A DNA stretch of 64,000 nt, from positions 2,272,001-2,336,000 of the forward strand of contig OZ245033.1 in NCBI GenBank assembly GCA_965224025.1, read 5' to 3'. Shown in pieces: positions 9,222 through 19,910 of the stretch; position 1 is the stretch's first letter, and each line of letters begins with the position of its first letter. The position numbers were made by a program, and so were the translations under genes. The notes below the pieces were generated by a model, which worked only from the letters and a program-made list of their open reading frames with translations, ran no database searches and was not told where the DNA came from. Source of the DNA: Candidatus Multivorans sp. (GTDB lineage: Bacteria; Acidobacteriota; Thermoanaerobaculia; Multivoradales; Multivoraceae).

Positions 9222-11110
9222 GCCGCCGGCGAACTGCGCGGCGGTGGTCCTGGCTGGTTCTGGCCGGGCTGCTGACGGCGCTTCTCTTCTTCGCCACGCT
9301 GACGGATGCGCGCACGGCGGGGGAACGCGAGGTCACCCACCTGATGGCCGCGGCCAGTCTCGCCTGGGACGGCGATCTGTCCTACGGCCGCGAGGACTAC
9401 GACCGCTACGTGCGGGCCTGGGAGCGCGAACCCGAGGCCGTCGCGCTTGCCACCACCGCCGGCAGCGGGAAGATAGGTTTCGGCAGGCCGGTGGTCTATG
9501 CGGTGGTCGCCGCGCCCTTCGTGCGCATCTCGCCGCGGTGGGGACCGGCGGCGCTGAACTGGCTGTTGCTGGCGCTTGCCGCGGCCGCCTCCGCCCTGGT
9601 GCTCGAGCGATCGGTCGGCCCCTGGGCGCCCGCCTGGATAGCGTTGTGCGTCGCCGGTACGACGGCGTTCACTCTGCTGCCGCTGCCCTCGCCGGAGCCG
9701 CTTCGCCTCGCGGCGTCGGCCGTGGCCTGGGCGCTGGTGGTGCAGATCATGCCCGCGGCCCGGCGTTCGGCACGACGCGCGGTACGACGGACGGCCGAAC
9801 GCGCGGCCGGCTCGCGGCGCCCCATCGAGGCGACCGGTCGGACGGTGCTGCGCTGGTCCCTGGTCGGATGCCTGCTGGCGCTGGCCGTGGCGGCTTCGGT
9901 TGACGGGTTCGTCGTGCTGCCGGCTCTGGCGGCGGCGTTCTGGCTGTCGCTGCTGCAGCCGCGCCGGCGGCTCGCGGCGGTTGCACTGTCGGCGGCTTCG
10001 GTACTGACCTTCGCGGCGGTCTTCGGCGCGGCGGCGCTGGCCCGCGGCGGGGCGGGACCGGTCGAGCAGGAGGTGTTCGATCGCGCAACGGGCTTTCCGG
10101 CGGTCGACTTCGAGGCGGAAGAGTGGCGCCGGACGGCCGGGCCGCGCGGCTCTGGACTCCAGCTCGACGCGGGGGACGATCCCCGCGACAGCCTCCGCGC
10201 CGGCGGCGCGGCGCCCGATCGCCCCCAGTTCGACGTGAGGGCCGCCGAAGGCCTCCGTCTTCGAACCCTGCTGTATGCGCTCGTCGGTCGCGCGGTCGGC
10301 TTCCTGCCCTACTGCGCTCCGCTGGTGTGGGCCGCGTTCTGGGGTGCGGCAACCGGCGGCTGGCGGCGCGTGCTCCTGGTCGCGGCGGTGGGGTCGTTCG
10401 CCGCCCGCGCCCTGCTGTTCCCGTTCGACCTGGGCGACGAACGGGCGGCCCTGGGGCCGGGCGGTGTCGGCGCCCTGGCGCCCATGTTCTGGTTTCTGGT
10501 TGCGCGGCTCAGCCTGATGAGGATCCTCGCGGTCGGCGTGTCCGCGGCGCTTGTTTTCTACCCGCTCTGGCTGCGGCCCGGCGCGGCGCTGCGACCGGCG
10601 CCGCCCCCGGCCGGTCTCCTGAAACCCCTCCTGCCCCAGGAGACGACCCAGCGACTCCAGCCGGCGGGGTCGCCGGACCTCTTCGTTGGTGGTTTGTGGT
10701 TGCGCCCGATCGCCGGCAGGATCGCTCCGTTCGGGGAGGAAGGCCTGGTGGTCGGAACAACGGAAGGCGGGTCGGGAGACCCGCGCGAGGACGGCTGGGC
10801 CGAGTTCCTGGTCGCCTGGGAGGATGGCATCGCCGGTGGCCCGGGTGGAGAAGCGCCTCTCCGGCCCGCGAGGCTCGAGGTGGTCCTCGAGGGGAGCACG
10901 CGCCTCGAAGTCGCGGGCGCGGAGGTTGAGGAGCGGCGGACCTTGCCGTCGGGGCGGACCGCGGTCGATCTGCGGCTGGCGGCGCCCGTGGCCCGGCATC
11001 GCCTTTGGTGGTCGAGAGAATCGGTTGCTCTGCACGGGCTGCGGTTGAGTGTGGGCAGTGCCGACGACGCGCCGAACGCGGTTCATCGCCTGGAGCTTCG
11101 CTCGCGGTAG
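9218..11110 (+). CDS. Multi-pass membrane protein (possibly GT-C-like), function unknown
   Basis: GTG start overlaps the upstream stop; many hydrophobic segments; AASLAWDGDL motif. Confidence 0.6.
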   Translation: MSRRRTARRWSWLVLAGLLTALLFFATLTDARTAGEREVTHLMAAASLAWDGDLSYGREDYDRYVRAWEREPEAVALATTAGSGKIGFGRPVVYAVVAAPFVRISPRWGPAALNWLLLALAAAASALVLERSVGPWAPAWIALCVAGTTAFTLLPLPSPEPLRLAASAVAWALVVQIMPAARRSARRAVRRTAERAAGSRRPIEATGRTVLRWSLVGCLLALAVAASVDGFVVLPALAAAFWLSLLQPRRRLAAVALSAASVLTFAAVFGAAALARGGAGPVEQEVFDRATGFPAVDFEAEEWRRTAGPRGSGLQLDAGDDPRDSLRAGGAAPDRPQFDVRAAEGLRLRTLLYALVGRAVGFLPYCAPLVWAAFWGAATGGWRRVLLVAAVGSFAARALLFPFDLGDERAALGPGGVGALAPMFWFLVARLSLMRILAVGVSAALVFYPLWLRPGAALRPAPPPAGLLKPLLPQETTQRLQPAGSPDLFVGGLWLRPIAGRIAPFGEEGLVVGTTEGGSGDPREDGWAEFLVAWEDGIAGGPGGEAPLRPARLEVVLEGSTRLEVAGAEVEERRTLPSGRTAVDLRLAAPVARHRLWWSRESVALHGLRLSVGSADDAPNAVHRLELRSR

Positions 11111-11117
11111 CGCGGCA

Positions 11118-11210
11118 GGGCAGGATGCCCGCGTGCCATCCGTGCGCCCGATGACGGGTGCACGGAGTGGTTCGCGTGTGGCGCGGGTCGCGCCACACGG
11201 GTTCCCAGGG
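11118..11210. repeat. Family A element copy 2 (11133-11202) nested inside a family B REP-like palindrome
   Basis: GGGCAGGATGCCCGC-[GT...70 bp...GT]-TCCCAGGG; the uninterrupted form (reverse complement) is at 43600-43631. Confidence 0.85.
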
Positions 11211-11257
11211 TCAGATCGTTCTACCGCGCCTGGCCAAGCCGAGGAATCCTGGGGATA

Positions 11258-11845
11258 GTGTCGGCGCCCGTGAGCTGGATTCTCGAAATGCGGCGCGTGC
11301 TGGAGCAGTCGAAACGGCTGCCGGCCGCCGGAGGAAGCGGCGCCCGGGTCGCCCTGGTGCTGCCGCTGTACGTCGAAGGGGCCGAACTCTGGACCCTGCT
11401 GCGGGAGGAACCGCACGAGACGCCGCCGCTGAGCTTCGCCGCCACGCCCTTCGAAGGCGACGACCCCTGGCCGACGGTGGCGCGGCTCGTCAGCGCCGGT
11501 CTCGGTGTCGAGCCGTCGCGCGTTCTGCGCCTGGGCGAGCTGGACGAGGTGGGCGCAACAGGTGGTTTCCGGCTTCGTGCATGCGTCGTCGCCGTGCCGT
11601 CTCCCGAGGATGACGGCAGCAATGTCGAGGCGCCGCCCGTACGGCTGCCGCTGTCGGCGCTGAGGCATCCCCGGCTGATCGAGGAGCGGACCTTCGAGAT
11701 CGAGGGTGAGCTCGTGCCGCTCGCCGCGTACCACGTCGGGCGCCACCGACTCTGGGGTCCTCCGCTCGATGTGCTGCTCCGGCTGCTCGAACGGCTTGAC
11801 CAGCCGGAATCCGGCCCCGAAATGCCGGCTGGCAGCGTGAACTGA
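11258..11845 (+). CDS. Degenerate Nudix-fold (CoA pyrophosphatase-like) protein
   Basis: Layout VLPL...LWTLL...SF...LGV...LGELD...LWG resembles NudL/PCD1, but the GX5EX7REUXEEXGU box is eroded. Confidence 0.5.
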   Translation: MSAPVSWILEMRRVLEQSKRLPAAGGSGARVALVLPLYVEGAELWTLLREEPHETPPLSFAATPFEGDDPWPTVARLVSAGLGVEPSRVLRLGELDEVGATGGFRLRACVVAVPSPEDDGSNVEAPPVRLPLSALRHPRLIEERTFEIEGELVPLAAYHVGRHRLWGPPLDVLLRLLERLDQPESGPEMPAGSVN

Positions 11846-11933
11846 TTGGCAGCTCGTGGCGGCTCGCGCGGCGCTACAATCGCGCCGCACCTGATCCACC
11901 GACATCTTCTCCGAGGAGTACCCAAGACCACTC

Positions 11934-12995
11934 ATGGCCGATATCGCGCGAATCGAACAGCTTCTGGGCAGCGAGGCGGAAAGCCTCCTCGGACACGTCT
12001 GCACCGGGATTCCGAAGGAGCTTCTGACGGTGCCGGGGCCGGACGCCGTGGACCGGGCCTTCGGCCCTTCGGACCGCAACAACCGCACTCTCGGCAGCCT
12101 GGAGCGCCTGCTGGGGCACGGGCGCCTCGGCGGCACCGGCTATGTCTCGATCCTGCCCGTGGACCAGGGGATCGAGCATTCGGGAGCGGCGTCGTTCGCG
12201 CCGAATCCGATCTACTTCGACCCGGAGAACATCATCCGGCTTGCGATGGAGGGCGGCTGCAACGGCGTCGCCTCGACCCTGGGGGTGCTGGGCAGCATCG
12301 GCCGGCGCTACGCGCACAGGATCCCGTTCATCGTCAAGATCAACCACAACGAGAGCCTGACCCACCCCCACACCTACCACCAGGTCCTGTTCTCGCAGGT
12401 CGAGCAGGCCTGGGATCTGGGTGCCGTGGCCGTCGGCGCCACGGTGTACTTCGGTGCCGACGTGTGCCGCGAGGAACTCGTGGAAATCGCCGAGTGCTTC
12501 CAGCAGGCCCACGAACTGGGCATGGCCTGCGTCCTCTGGTGCTACCTCCGCAACAATGCCTTCAAGAAGGACGGTGTGGACTACCACGCTTCGGCCGACC
12601 TGACCGGCCAGGCGAACCACCTCGGGGTGACGATCGAAGCCGACGTGGTCAAGCAGAAGCAGGCGACGAACAACGGCGGCTACCCGGCGATCGGTTTCGG
12701 CAAGACCCACGACCTCGTCTACAGCGAACTGGTCTCCGACCACCCCGTGGACCTCGTGCGCTGGCAAGTCGCGAACTGCTACATGGGCCGAATCGGGATG
12801 ATCAACTCGGGCGGCTCTTCGGGCGGCGCCGGCGACTTGGCGGCCGCGGTGCGCACGGCGGTGATCAACCGCCGCGCCGGCGGCCAGGGCCTGATCTCGG
12901 GCCGCAAGGCGTTCCAGCGGCCGATGGCGGAGGGCGTGGAGCTCCTGAACCACATTCAGGACGTCTACCTCTGCGAGGACATCACGATCGCATAG
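11934..12995 (+). CDS. fbaB: Class I fructose-bisphosphate aldolase (DhnA type)
   Basis: [47 protein letters not shown]. Confidence 0.97.
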   Translation: MADIARIEQLLGSEAESLLGHVCTGIPKELLTVPGPDAVDRAFGPSDRNNRTLGSLERLLGHGRLGGTGYVSILPVDQGIEHSGAASFAPNPIYFDPENIIRLAMEGGCNGVASTLGVLGSIGRRYAHRIPFIVKINHNESLTHPHTYHQVLFSQVEQAWDLGAVAVGATVYFGADVCREELVEIAECFQQAHELGMACVLWCYLRNNAFKKDGVDYHASADLTGQANHLGVTIEADVVKQKQATNNGGYPAIGFGKTHDLVYSELVSDHPVDLVRWQVANCYMGRIGMINSGGSSGGAGDLAAAVRTAVINRRAGGQGLISGRKAFQRPMAEGVELLNHIQDVYLCEDITIA

Positions 12996-14196
12996 GCCGA
13001 TCGGAATCGCCGCCAATCAACTCCGCAATATCGGCGTGCCGCGCCTCCGCGTCGCGTTCACCGACGTCGATCATCGCCCGGATGTAGTCGGGCTGGAACA
13101 TCAACAGGCTGAGCAGGTCGGGGCTCTTCGTGTCCCGAGTGCCGAGGCCGCGCGTGAGGAACCGGAACGCCTTCGGCAGTTGGGGCTCGAACCGGGTCGC
13201 GAGCCGGCCCAGGTCCTCCGACGGCCGCAGCAGTACCAGGTCGACCAGCCGGAGCGGGCCGCGCTCCTCCGCCGGCAGCTTCGCCAGCAGGCCGTTGATC
13301 AGTTCCAGCCGGTTCGCGTCCTGGTCCAGTTGGTCCAGGAACACGGCGTTCATCAGCACGCCCGCGAACTGGGCCGGCGGCGGGTAGCTGCTGGCCTCCG
13401 CTGTCGGCGCCAGGGGCTGGTGGCGGGTGGAGACGGCGATCAGGCGATCGCAGCCGAGGTGCAGGGCGGGCGACAGAGGCGAAGTCAGGCGGACGCCGCC
13501 GTCGCCGTGCCAGGCGCCGGCGATCCGCACCGCCGGGAAGATCAGCGGCAGAGAAGCCGAAGCGAGCACATGATCCAGGGTCAACAGAGCCTGCTCCGAC
13601 CGCCGCTTGGGCCTCTCCCACGCCTCGATGTCTCGCCCCTGGACCCAAGTGACGGTATGTCCCGTCGACCACTCGACGGTGGTCACCGCGACCGCGTCGA
13701 GCCGGCCCCGGGCGAGGTTGTCGGCGATGCCCGGAAGGACGCGCCCATTCCGCGCTTCGGCGCCGAGGACGCGCTCCAGGTGGCTGCCGAGCGGCGACGT
13801 GTCGACCAGGCCACGGACCCGAGGGCGGTAGCGCAGACCGCCCGAGGCCAGGTTCAGAAGCCAGCGGACCACCATGCCGCCCAGCGACCATCCGTCGTCA
13901 CGGAAGACGTGGTCGGGGGTCAGCTCGAGCCAGGTCCGGCTCAGTTCTTCCGTCGCCTCGGCGGCGCTTCCCGAATGCGAGGCGAGGAACGAGGCGTTGA
14001 TGGCGCCGGCCGAGACGCCGGTCAGGACGTCGAAGTGGAACTCCGGCATCCGCGCCGCCAGATGGCGGACGAGTCCGACCTGGTACGCGGCTCGCGCGCC
14101 GCCTCCGGTCAGGACCAGGCCGATGCGGGGCTTCCGCCCGCTGTGCGGCTCGCCGTTTTCCCCGTGTCGGCGTGCGGGCGGCTCTCCGGCGGACAT
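12982..14196 (-). CDS. Patatin-like phospholipase
   Basis: [17 protein letters not shown] motifs; start set at MSAGEP because the upstream ORF extension runs through repeats. Confidence 0.9.
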   Translation of the reverse strand: MSAGEPPARRHGENGEPHSGRKPRIGLVLTGGGARAAYQVGLVRHLAARMPEFHFDVLTGVSAGAINASFLASHSGSAAEATEELSRTWLELTPDHVFRDDGWSLGGMVVRWLLNLASGGLRYRPRVRGLVDTSPLGSHLERVLGAEARNGRVLPGIADNLARGRLDAVAVTTVEWSTGHTVTWVQGRDIEAWERPKRRSEQALLTLDHVLASASLPLIFPAVRIAGAWHGDGGVRLTSPLSPALHLGCDRLIAVSTRHQPLAPTAEASSYPPPAQFAGVLMNAVFLDQLDQDANRLELINGLLAKLPAEERGPLRLVDLVLLRPSEDLGRLATRFEPQLPKAFRFLTRGLGTRDTKSPDLLSLLMFQPDYIRAMIDVGERDAEARHADIAELIGGDSDRPMRS

Positions 14197-14233
14197 CGGC
14201 AGTTCCGCACTGTATCGAATGCCCCAGAACCAG

Positions 14234-14315
14234 CGAACCCGGGCGTCCCGCCCACCCCCGGAACCCGGGTGGCGCGATCCGCCCCTGGGAACGCGGGCGT
14301 CTCGCCCGCATCCGG
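14234..14315. repeat. Cluster of REP-like family B palindromes with a partial family A hairpin (14263-14282)
   Basis: GAACCCGGGCGTCCCGCCC; ACCCGGGTGGCGCGATCCGC (reverse complement of the family A 3' hairpin); CCTGGGAACGCGGGCGTCTCGCCCGCATCCGG. Confidence 0.75.
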
Positions 14316-14602
14316 CCGCCGCGCCCGCGGGAACATCGGCCAGACGGACTCTGTTTGCGTTCATGCGGCCGCCGCCCCGGGCCTCTACGCCGGCCGTCTT
14401 CCCGATCGTGAGAACGCGGTAACTCCGCCTCGAAGCGCCGGCCCCAAGCGCCGGAGCCTCGCCCCGCCCGGAAGCAGAGCACGCTCGGTAAGCCCTGTTA
14501 CGGAGCATCCTCCGGGTTACCGTCGGGACAAACCCGGTGCGCCATGAGGAGCAGAGGAACATACCTAACCGATGCCCCTGCCAAGGAGAAGAAGGACTAC
14601 TG

Positions 14603-15610
14603 ATGTCTCTCAACAACGAATGCGGTCCGCCTAATGCAGTTTCAGTCAGCCAAGCCCTGCGGACATCGCTCGCCGAGAACACGCGGAGGGCGTATCGAAG
14701 CGGCTGGCAGCGATTTGCCGACTACTGCGACCAGAGACGTGTGGACCCAATGGCCGCGACACCGGAAGACGTTGCGGAGTTCCTGGTCGCGATGGCGGCG
14801 GGGCATTCATCGCCCCGGACCGGAATGAAGACGCAGAAGCCGGTTGCCTTGGGCACGATCAGGATATGTCTGGCCGCGATCAATCGCAGGTACGGGGAGC
14901 GGAACCTGGAGTCCCCGGCGCGGCACCTGACGGTTACGAGCGTCCTTCGCGGACTCGGGCGGTTGGCCCGCGATCGGCCCCGACAGGTCAAGGCGCTTCG
15001 GGAACATGAGATCGCGGCGATCCTGTCGTGCTGCGATCGGCTTGCAGCGCAGAGGGAGCATCGGGCAATTGGGGCCCGGGACGCGGCGGTCATCGCGGTT
15101 GGCTTCGCGGGAGCGCTACGCCGATCGGAGATCTGTCAACTGGGGATCGAGGACTTCGAGTTCGTGAGCGGCGCCGGTGAAGCGGCGGGGATGCTCCTGC
15201 ACATCCGTCGGTCGAAGACGGACCAGCTCGGCAGGGGCCAGAGCATCGCGATACCGGAGGGAGCGTTCATCCGTCCGGTCGAGCGGCTGCGGCGCTGGCT
15301 GGCGGTGTCCGGAGTCACCAAGGGATCTGCCTTCCAGACGATGTGGCGCGGCGGACGGCCGCGCGGAAGGCCCCTGCACCCTACTGATGTCCCGCGCCTG
15401 GTGAAGCGCTATGTCCGGGAAATCGGCCTGGATCCCGCCGACTACTCCGGCCACTCCTTGAGAGCCGGGTTCGTGACCAGCGCGGCCGTCCACTCCGCTC
15501 GCCTCGACAAGATCATGGAGGTGACGAGACACGCGAACGCGAGCATGGTGCTCCGATACATCCGCCAGGCGGACGCGTTCCGGGATCACGCGGGAGCGGC
15601 GTTCCTGTAA
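14603..15610 (+). CDS. Cre-like tyrosine recombinase/site-specific integrase
   Basis: N-terminal SAM-like NTRRAY..W..F; catalytic residues in LRRSE (R), RSKTDQ (K), SGHSLRAG (HxxR), TRH (H), LRYIR (Y); alternative GTG start at 14537. Confidence 0.92.
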   Translation: MSLNNECGPPNAVSVSQALRTSLAENTRRAYRSGWQRFADYCDQRRVDPMAATPEDVAEFLVAMAAGHSSPRTGMKTQKPVALGTIRICLAAINRRYGERNLESPARHLTVTSVLRGLGRLARDRPRQVKALREHEIAAILSCCDRLAAQREHRAIGARDAAVIAVGFAGALRRSEICQLGIEDFEFVSGAGEAAGMLLHIRRSKTDQLGRGQSIAIPEGAFIRPVERLRRWLAVSGVTKGSAFQTMWRGGRPRGRPLHPTDVPRLVKRYVREIGLDPADYSGHSLRAGFVTSAAVHSARLDKIMEVTRHANASMVLRYIRQADAFRDHAGAAFL

Positions 15611-15681
15611 GCGGTCGCGGTTTCTGCACACCGGCGCCCGTTTCCGGCGCCGGTATGTGACGAGATCGTGACCGACCATGC

Positions 15682-15711
15682 TTGACAACAGGCTTAGGGG
15701 AATGTTACTGT
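15682..15711 (+). promoter_or_regulatory. Putative sigma70 promoter for the secreted-protein cluster
   Basis: TTGACA (15682-15687), 18-nt spacer, TGn-TACTGT extended -10 (15703-15711). Confidence 0.55.
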
Positions 15712-15877
15712 GCCTTCGGGCTAGGAGGACATCGACGGGAAGGCTAGCCCGAAGATGCCCATACGGTAAGGAGTAGGTAACCTGTAGGTAACCCCTCAAT
15801 CTACTCTGAAGAGCCCTCAGGAGATACTCGACCTCCGATACCTGATCATCGCGCTCTTGGCTTAGGGAGGTTGCCCC

Positions 15878-17206
15878 ATGAAACTCAGCCGATGTCTCGC
15901 TCTGACTTGCTGCGTGGTGGCGGCGCCGCCCCTCCTGGCCTCGGAATCAGCCGAATCGGGCATCGTCGCGATCTCCTGCCCGGAGGAGGAGTGCTTCGTG
16001 GCGCCGATTTTCGTCGGTGAAGGCGGATTCGTTGCCAGGCGGGCGGACAGTGACGAGGACGTGACCTTCGTCCTGGAGTGCGGCGACAGATTCGTTGAAG
16101 CTACGGCTGAGCCGGACAGCATGGGGATCGTGCGTCAGGTGTTGACTGCCGACAACGGAATGGCGTGCATGGCAGACGCCGGCGGCGTCCTCGAGATCGG
16201 GAACATCGAGGCCGGGGGTTGGTATTGGATCAACGACGACCGGAGTTCGGCCGTATTCGCTCTGGTGGCAAAGGACGTACTGGAAAATCCCAAGACGACG
16301 CCCCTCGACCCGGGCGGAGTCACTATGATAGCGGACGAGGCCGACGTCGCTACCTGGATCAAGCACGAGGACTCCGGCCGAATAGGCATTCTGGGCCACA
16401 TTCAGCCCACAGAGCGGCGGCCCGGGTGTGTTAGCGGCGGCAAAAAGCCGGTCTGGGAGCACTGCAGGATCGGCCGTTCCGACAGTTGGAGACTCTTCGC
16501 TCTCGTCGGCAACGAGGGCGCCAACGGAAGACTGGACTACGACTCCGCGTCCGGTCTTGGCGACGGTGGAATCGTCCGCCTCAGGCCGGGCGGCGCCGCT
16601 AACAGGACCAGCATGCAGGTCTTTCTCTTCGCCACGAACTATCTGGCGGGTATCGGAGCTTTCGTCGCTCCAATAGAATACGATGAAGAAGGCAATTACC
16701 GCCCAGACGTAATCAAGCCGGCGACGATCACCGGGGATCCGAGATTGGTTAACAACCCAGTCCTTGACGGCGTCTCCTTCGTCGGCGTGAACCCTCTGAC
16801 GCAAGCAGTCGACCTCAGCGTGGACGGCTCCTTCGGCATGTTCGGATCAGATTCTCTGGTCTTGCCGGCGAGTTTTGCCCCGGTCGGGTCGGCTGCGGTG
16901 GCCAGGGCGGTTCACTTTTGGGAGATCGCGATCCCAGGGGTCGACACGTCCGACACGACGCACTGGTGCGCGAACCCGTTGGGCGAGAGTCTTGTTTGGA
17001 AACATCGCCTGTCCGTTACAGGCTATCTTGAGAATGCCTTTCCTTTATTAGATCAGGGCGGAGGTCCGTCGATGGAATTCGCACTGGCGTGTCCCACTGC
17101 TGAGGGAGCGACGGCGGCCGCGTCCGCCGGGAGTTCCCTGGAAGGAGTCGAACTTGTTCCAGCCGGTCCTTTCTCGCTTTCGCTTCAATTCGTTGACCGG
17201 CCATAG
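15878..17206 (+). CDS. Secreted Cys-containing hypothetical protein
   Basis: GGGAGG RBS; signal-peptide-like N-terminus; no family recognised; more A/T-ending codons than the backbone. Confidence 0.7.
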   Translation: MKLSRCLALTCCVVAAPPLLASESAESGIVAISCPEEECFVAPIFVGEGGFVARRADSDEDVTFVLECGDRFVEATAEPDSMGIVRQVLTADNGMACMADAGGVLEIGNIEAGGWYWINDDRSSAVFALVAKDVLENPKTTPLDPGGVTMIADEADVATWIKHEDSGRIGILGHIQPTERRPGCVSGGKKPVWEHCRIGRSDSWRLFALVGNEGANGRLDYDSASGLGDGGIVRLRPGGAANRTSMQVFLFATNYLAGIGAFVAPIEYDEEGNYRPDVIKPATITGDPRLVNNPVLDGVSFVGVNPLTQAVDLSVDGSFGMFGSDSLVLPASFAPVGSAAVARAVHFWEIAIPGVDTSDTTHWCANPLGESLVWKHRLSVTGYLENAFPLLDQGGGPSMEFALACPTAEGATAAASAGSSLEGVELVPAGPFSLSLQFVDRP

Positions 17207-17282
17207 TAGCCGGCGTCCTCGGCGGCGGCGGTCCGCGGCGGCCGTCGACGGCGCGCCGGCCGTCAGGGCGCTCAGCGGGGCG

Positions 17283-19910
17283 ATGCTCTTCGCGGCAGTC
17301 GCCTGGACGACGCCGGCGGCCGGCGTCGTCTACGACATCACTTCGGACGGAGCGATGACCGATCGGGCAACCGCGATCGTGTACGGCGAGGTCATGGAGA
17401 GCCGGCCGGGGCCGGGATTCACGACGGACCATTGGTTTCGCGTCGAGGAGGTTCTCAAGGGTACGCTGCCGGGAAGCGTGGTCAGGATTCGGCAGGACGG
17501 CGGTGTGCGGAAGGACGGTCTGGCCAAGGTGATCCTGGGCCTGCCGATGATGCAGGAGGGCGACCGCATGCTCCTCTTTCTGGTTGAAGAGGAAGAGGCG
17601 GACGTGTACCGCACGTTCGAGTACGCCCTCGGCATGTTCTATGAGAGATCCGGGAGCAGGCCGGTGTTCGTTCGCGAGCCGAGTCTCCAGGAGCGCGAGG
17701 TGAGGCTCGCGGCGGATTTCCGGGACTGGGTGAGGGGGAGATCGGATGGCGTGGTCCGCGCTGAGGACTACCGGGTCGAGGAGCGGAACGCGCCCTCTTC
17801 CGTTCCGTCTCCCTTCAGAGTGATTGTGACGCCGCTCGGATGCGAGACCTTGGGCGGCAAGGCGGGCCGGCCGATCCGGTGGTGGGAGTTCGACGAAGGA
17901 GCCTCGTTGCGCGTCTACCTGAATTCGAGGCCGCAGCCGGGAATCGAAGGGGACGGCTCGAGAGAGTTCGCCCGCGGCATGGAGGTATGGAACGGTGCGG
18001 ACGGCTCGACGGTCAAACTGGAATATGCGGGGGTGAACGACGCAGTGGTGTTCGGTGGACGGCGGCCGGACCTGATCTCAGGATTGGTTCACGAAGATCC
18101 CAACGATGCAGTTCCGGAGAGTTTCGACCCCCAGAAAGGCGGGGTTCTGGCGGTTACCCAGACCTGGTTCGGCTGCTCTGGGGAAGTGCCGCTGAGGCCC
18201 GTACCCAACAACGCGGGCGTCGAGGCGTACCCGATTGTCGACTTCGACATGACGACGCAGGACGGCTTTCACCTGTTCCTGGCCAACCAGGAAGATCCGA
18301 ACCTCGCCTACGAGCAGGTGATCGCCCACGAGCTGGGACACGGAATCGGTTTCGCTCATGCGTGCGGAGACGAAGTAGACTGCGACGTCCTCGTAGAGCC
18401 GGCCAGGAACGCGCTCATGCGCGCCGATGCGGGGGGTGGATACGGCCGCGGGGCGGTAATCACCGCCGACGACAGGAACATGGTCAGGTTCCTCTACGGT
18501 GACGGGAAGGCGTTCGAGCCGCCTCCGCCGCCGGGGGTTGTTATCCAGTACACGAACTGCGCGGTTGCGACAAGACCGCTGGTCTTCGCGGGCGGGTACG
18601 AGGCCGGCCTGTGTTACGAGACGTTCGATGGCGCTCAGGGAGGGGCGAGGGGCGGAGTATGGTCGTCCGATGAATCGGGCCTGCTGTGGTTCTTCGAGGA
18701 AGGCAACGTCGAAGTCCTGGTGAAGGTTCTGAACGGGTGTTCCTACAACGACCACTATTGGGTGTTCGTGGCGCCGATGACGAATCTGGCATTCAATCTG
18801 GAGGTGCGTGACAGGGGAGGGAATGTCTGGACGCACCGAAACGGTTTGGGCATCCAGGCACAAGCCAGGAGCGATACGTCGGCCTTCCCGTGCTCCGGAG
18901 CTCCGCCTGATCCGCCTGATCCTGACGCCGGCGGCGTGCCGCCGAGGACCTACAGCGTCGAAGTACCGGGGTTCACCTACGGGGGTCTCGTGTTTAAGGG
19001 GGATTTTGAAACTCAAGAAAGTACTGTATTCGAATACGAGCTCGCGCACAGGTTCCGCATCCTGGGGAAGGGCGTGGTGCAGCATGCTCAGGTCTGCCTG
19101 CTGCGCTTTTTCGATGTTCCCTCGAGTGAGATAGCGGAGGTCGAGATGCGTCTCTACGAAGGAGACCGCAGTCCGGAGAGGAAGCTGGCGTCCGCGAGGG
19201 TCGCGGGCAGAATCGACCTCGACGATCCGAGCGATCTGCCCTTGGAGTTCGACGAGGTCGACGCGGCGAAGTGTTTCGACGTTGGCGGAGAGTTTTCCGG
19301 CCGGGAACTGGACGCGGGTCCCATTTGGGTGTCGGCTCGTTTAAGGACCGGCAAGGCGTTCCTGGCGGTTCAGTTCGAACTTGCTGGCTTGGAGGTGGAC
19401 CGCGCGTCGCGCAGCAGAAAGGAAGAAGGAGAAAGGAAAGAGTACGGGGCCTGGGACGTGGTGGAGCTTGGTCCGATGGCGGCGGCTATCAGGTTGGTTG
19501 TGTCCCATGAGGTAGAATTCCCGGACGATTATCTATTTGCATCCGGCCCTCCCGTGGACTGCGTACCTCAAGAAATGCTGTCGCTCCAGGGCGGGTATGA
19601 GGTCGGCGTATGCCATGAGCAGGGAGAAGGGCGTGAGCATGGAGAAGGTAGCGTCGGTTGGCGCTCCGACGAATCGGGACTCTTCTGGTTCTTCAGTGAG
19701 GAGAACGCGGAAATGCTGGTCAAGGTCCTGAACGGTTGTGACATCAACGGGCACTGGTGGGTCTTCGTCGCGCCGGCGACGGATCTTGGCTTCAATCTGT
19801 ACGTGCTGGACCGGAAGAACCAGATCTGGCATCACGGCAACGTCGAGCGCGGCGTTGGGGAGACGCGAATGGACCTGGGCGCTTTTCGCTGCGACCAGAC
19901 GGGAGGATGA
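17283..19910 (+). CDS. Secreted metzincin zinc metallopeptidase (matrixin-like) with two repeated '[15 protein letters not shown]' modules
   Basis: [11 protein letters not shown] plus ALM Met-turn; pro-domain-like N-terminus; repeated Cys-flanked modules; start uncertain. Confidence 0.8.
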   Translation: MLFAAVAWTTPAAGVVYDITSDGAMTDRATAIVYGEVMESRPGPGFTTDHWFRVEEVLKGTLPGSVVRIRQDGGVRKDGLAKVILGLPMMQEGDRMLLFLVEEEEADVYRTFEYALGMFYERSGSRPVFVREPSLQEREVRLAADFRDWVRGRSDGVVRAEDYRVEERNAPSSVPSPFRVIVTPLGCETLGGKAGRPIRWWEFDEGASLRVYLNSRPQPGIEGDGSREFARGMEVWNGADGSTVKLEYAGVNDAVVFGGRRPDLISGLVHEDPNDAVPESFDPQKGGVLAVTQTWFGCSGEVPLRPVPNNAGVEAYPIVDFDMTTQDGFHLFLANQEDPNLAYEQVIAHELGHGIGFAHACGDEVDCDVLVEPARNALMRADAGGGYGRGAVITADDRNMVRFLYGDGKAFEPPPPPGVVIQYTNCAVATRPLVFAGGYEAGLCYETFDGAQGGARGGVWSSDESGLLWFFEEGNVEVLVKVLNGCSYNDHYWVFVAPMTNLAFNLEVRDRGGNVWTHRNGLGIQAQARSDTSAFPCSGAPPDPPDPDAGGVPPRTYSVEVPGFTYGGLVFKGDFETQESTVFEYELAHRFRILGKGVVQHAQVCLLRFFDVPSSEIAEVEMRLYEGDRSPERKLASARVAGRIDLDDPSDLPLEFDEVDAAKCFDVGGEFSGRELDAGPIWVSARLRTGKAFLAVQFELAGLEVDRASRSRKEEGERKEYGAWDVVELGPMAAAIRLVVSHEVEFPDDYLFASGPPVDCVPQEMLSLQGGYEVGVCHEQGEGREHGEGSVGWRSDESGLFWFFSEENAEMLVKVLNGCDINGHWWVFVAPATDLGFNLYVLDRKNQIWHHGNVERGVGETRMDLGAFRCDQTGG

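Noticed and set aside
8987-12136. Long antisense or alternative-frame ORFs (e.g. 8987-12136, 25145-27649, 30617-33220, 35664-38747, 41604-43892, 57863-59893)
   Set aside because: Shadow ORFs of well-supported genes in high-GC DNA; Arg/Pro/Gly-rich or mirror-codon composition with no motifs.
14197-14682. N-terminal extensions of patatin (to 14682), xerD (to 41943), kinase (to 54281) and MTase (to 46534)
   Set aside because: They run through repeats or neighbouring genes; family homology starts at downstream ATGs.
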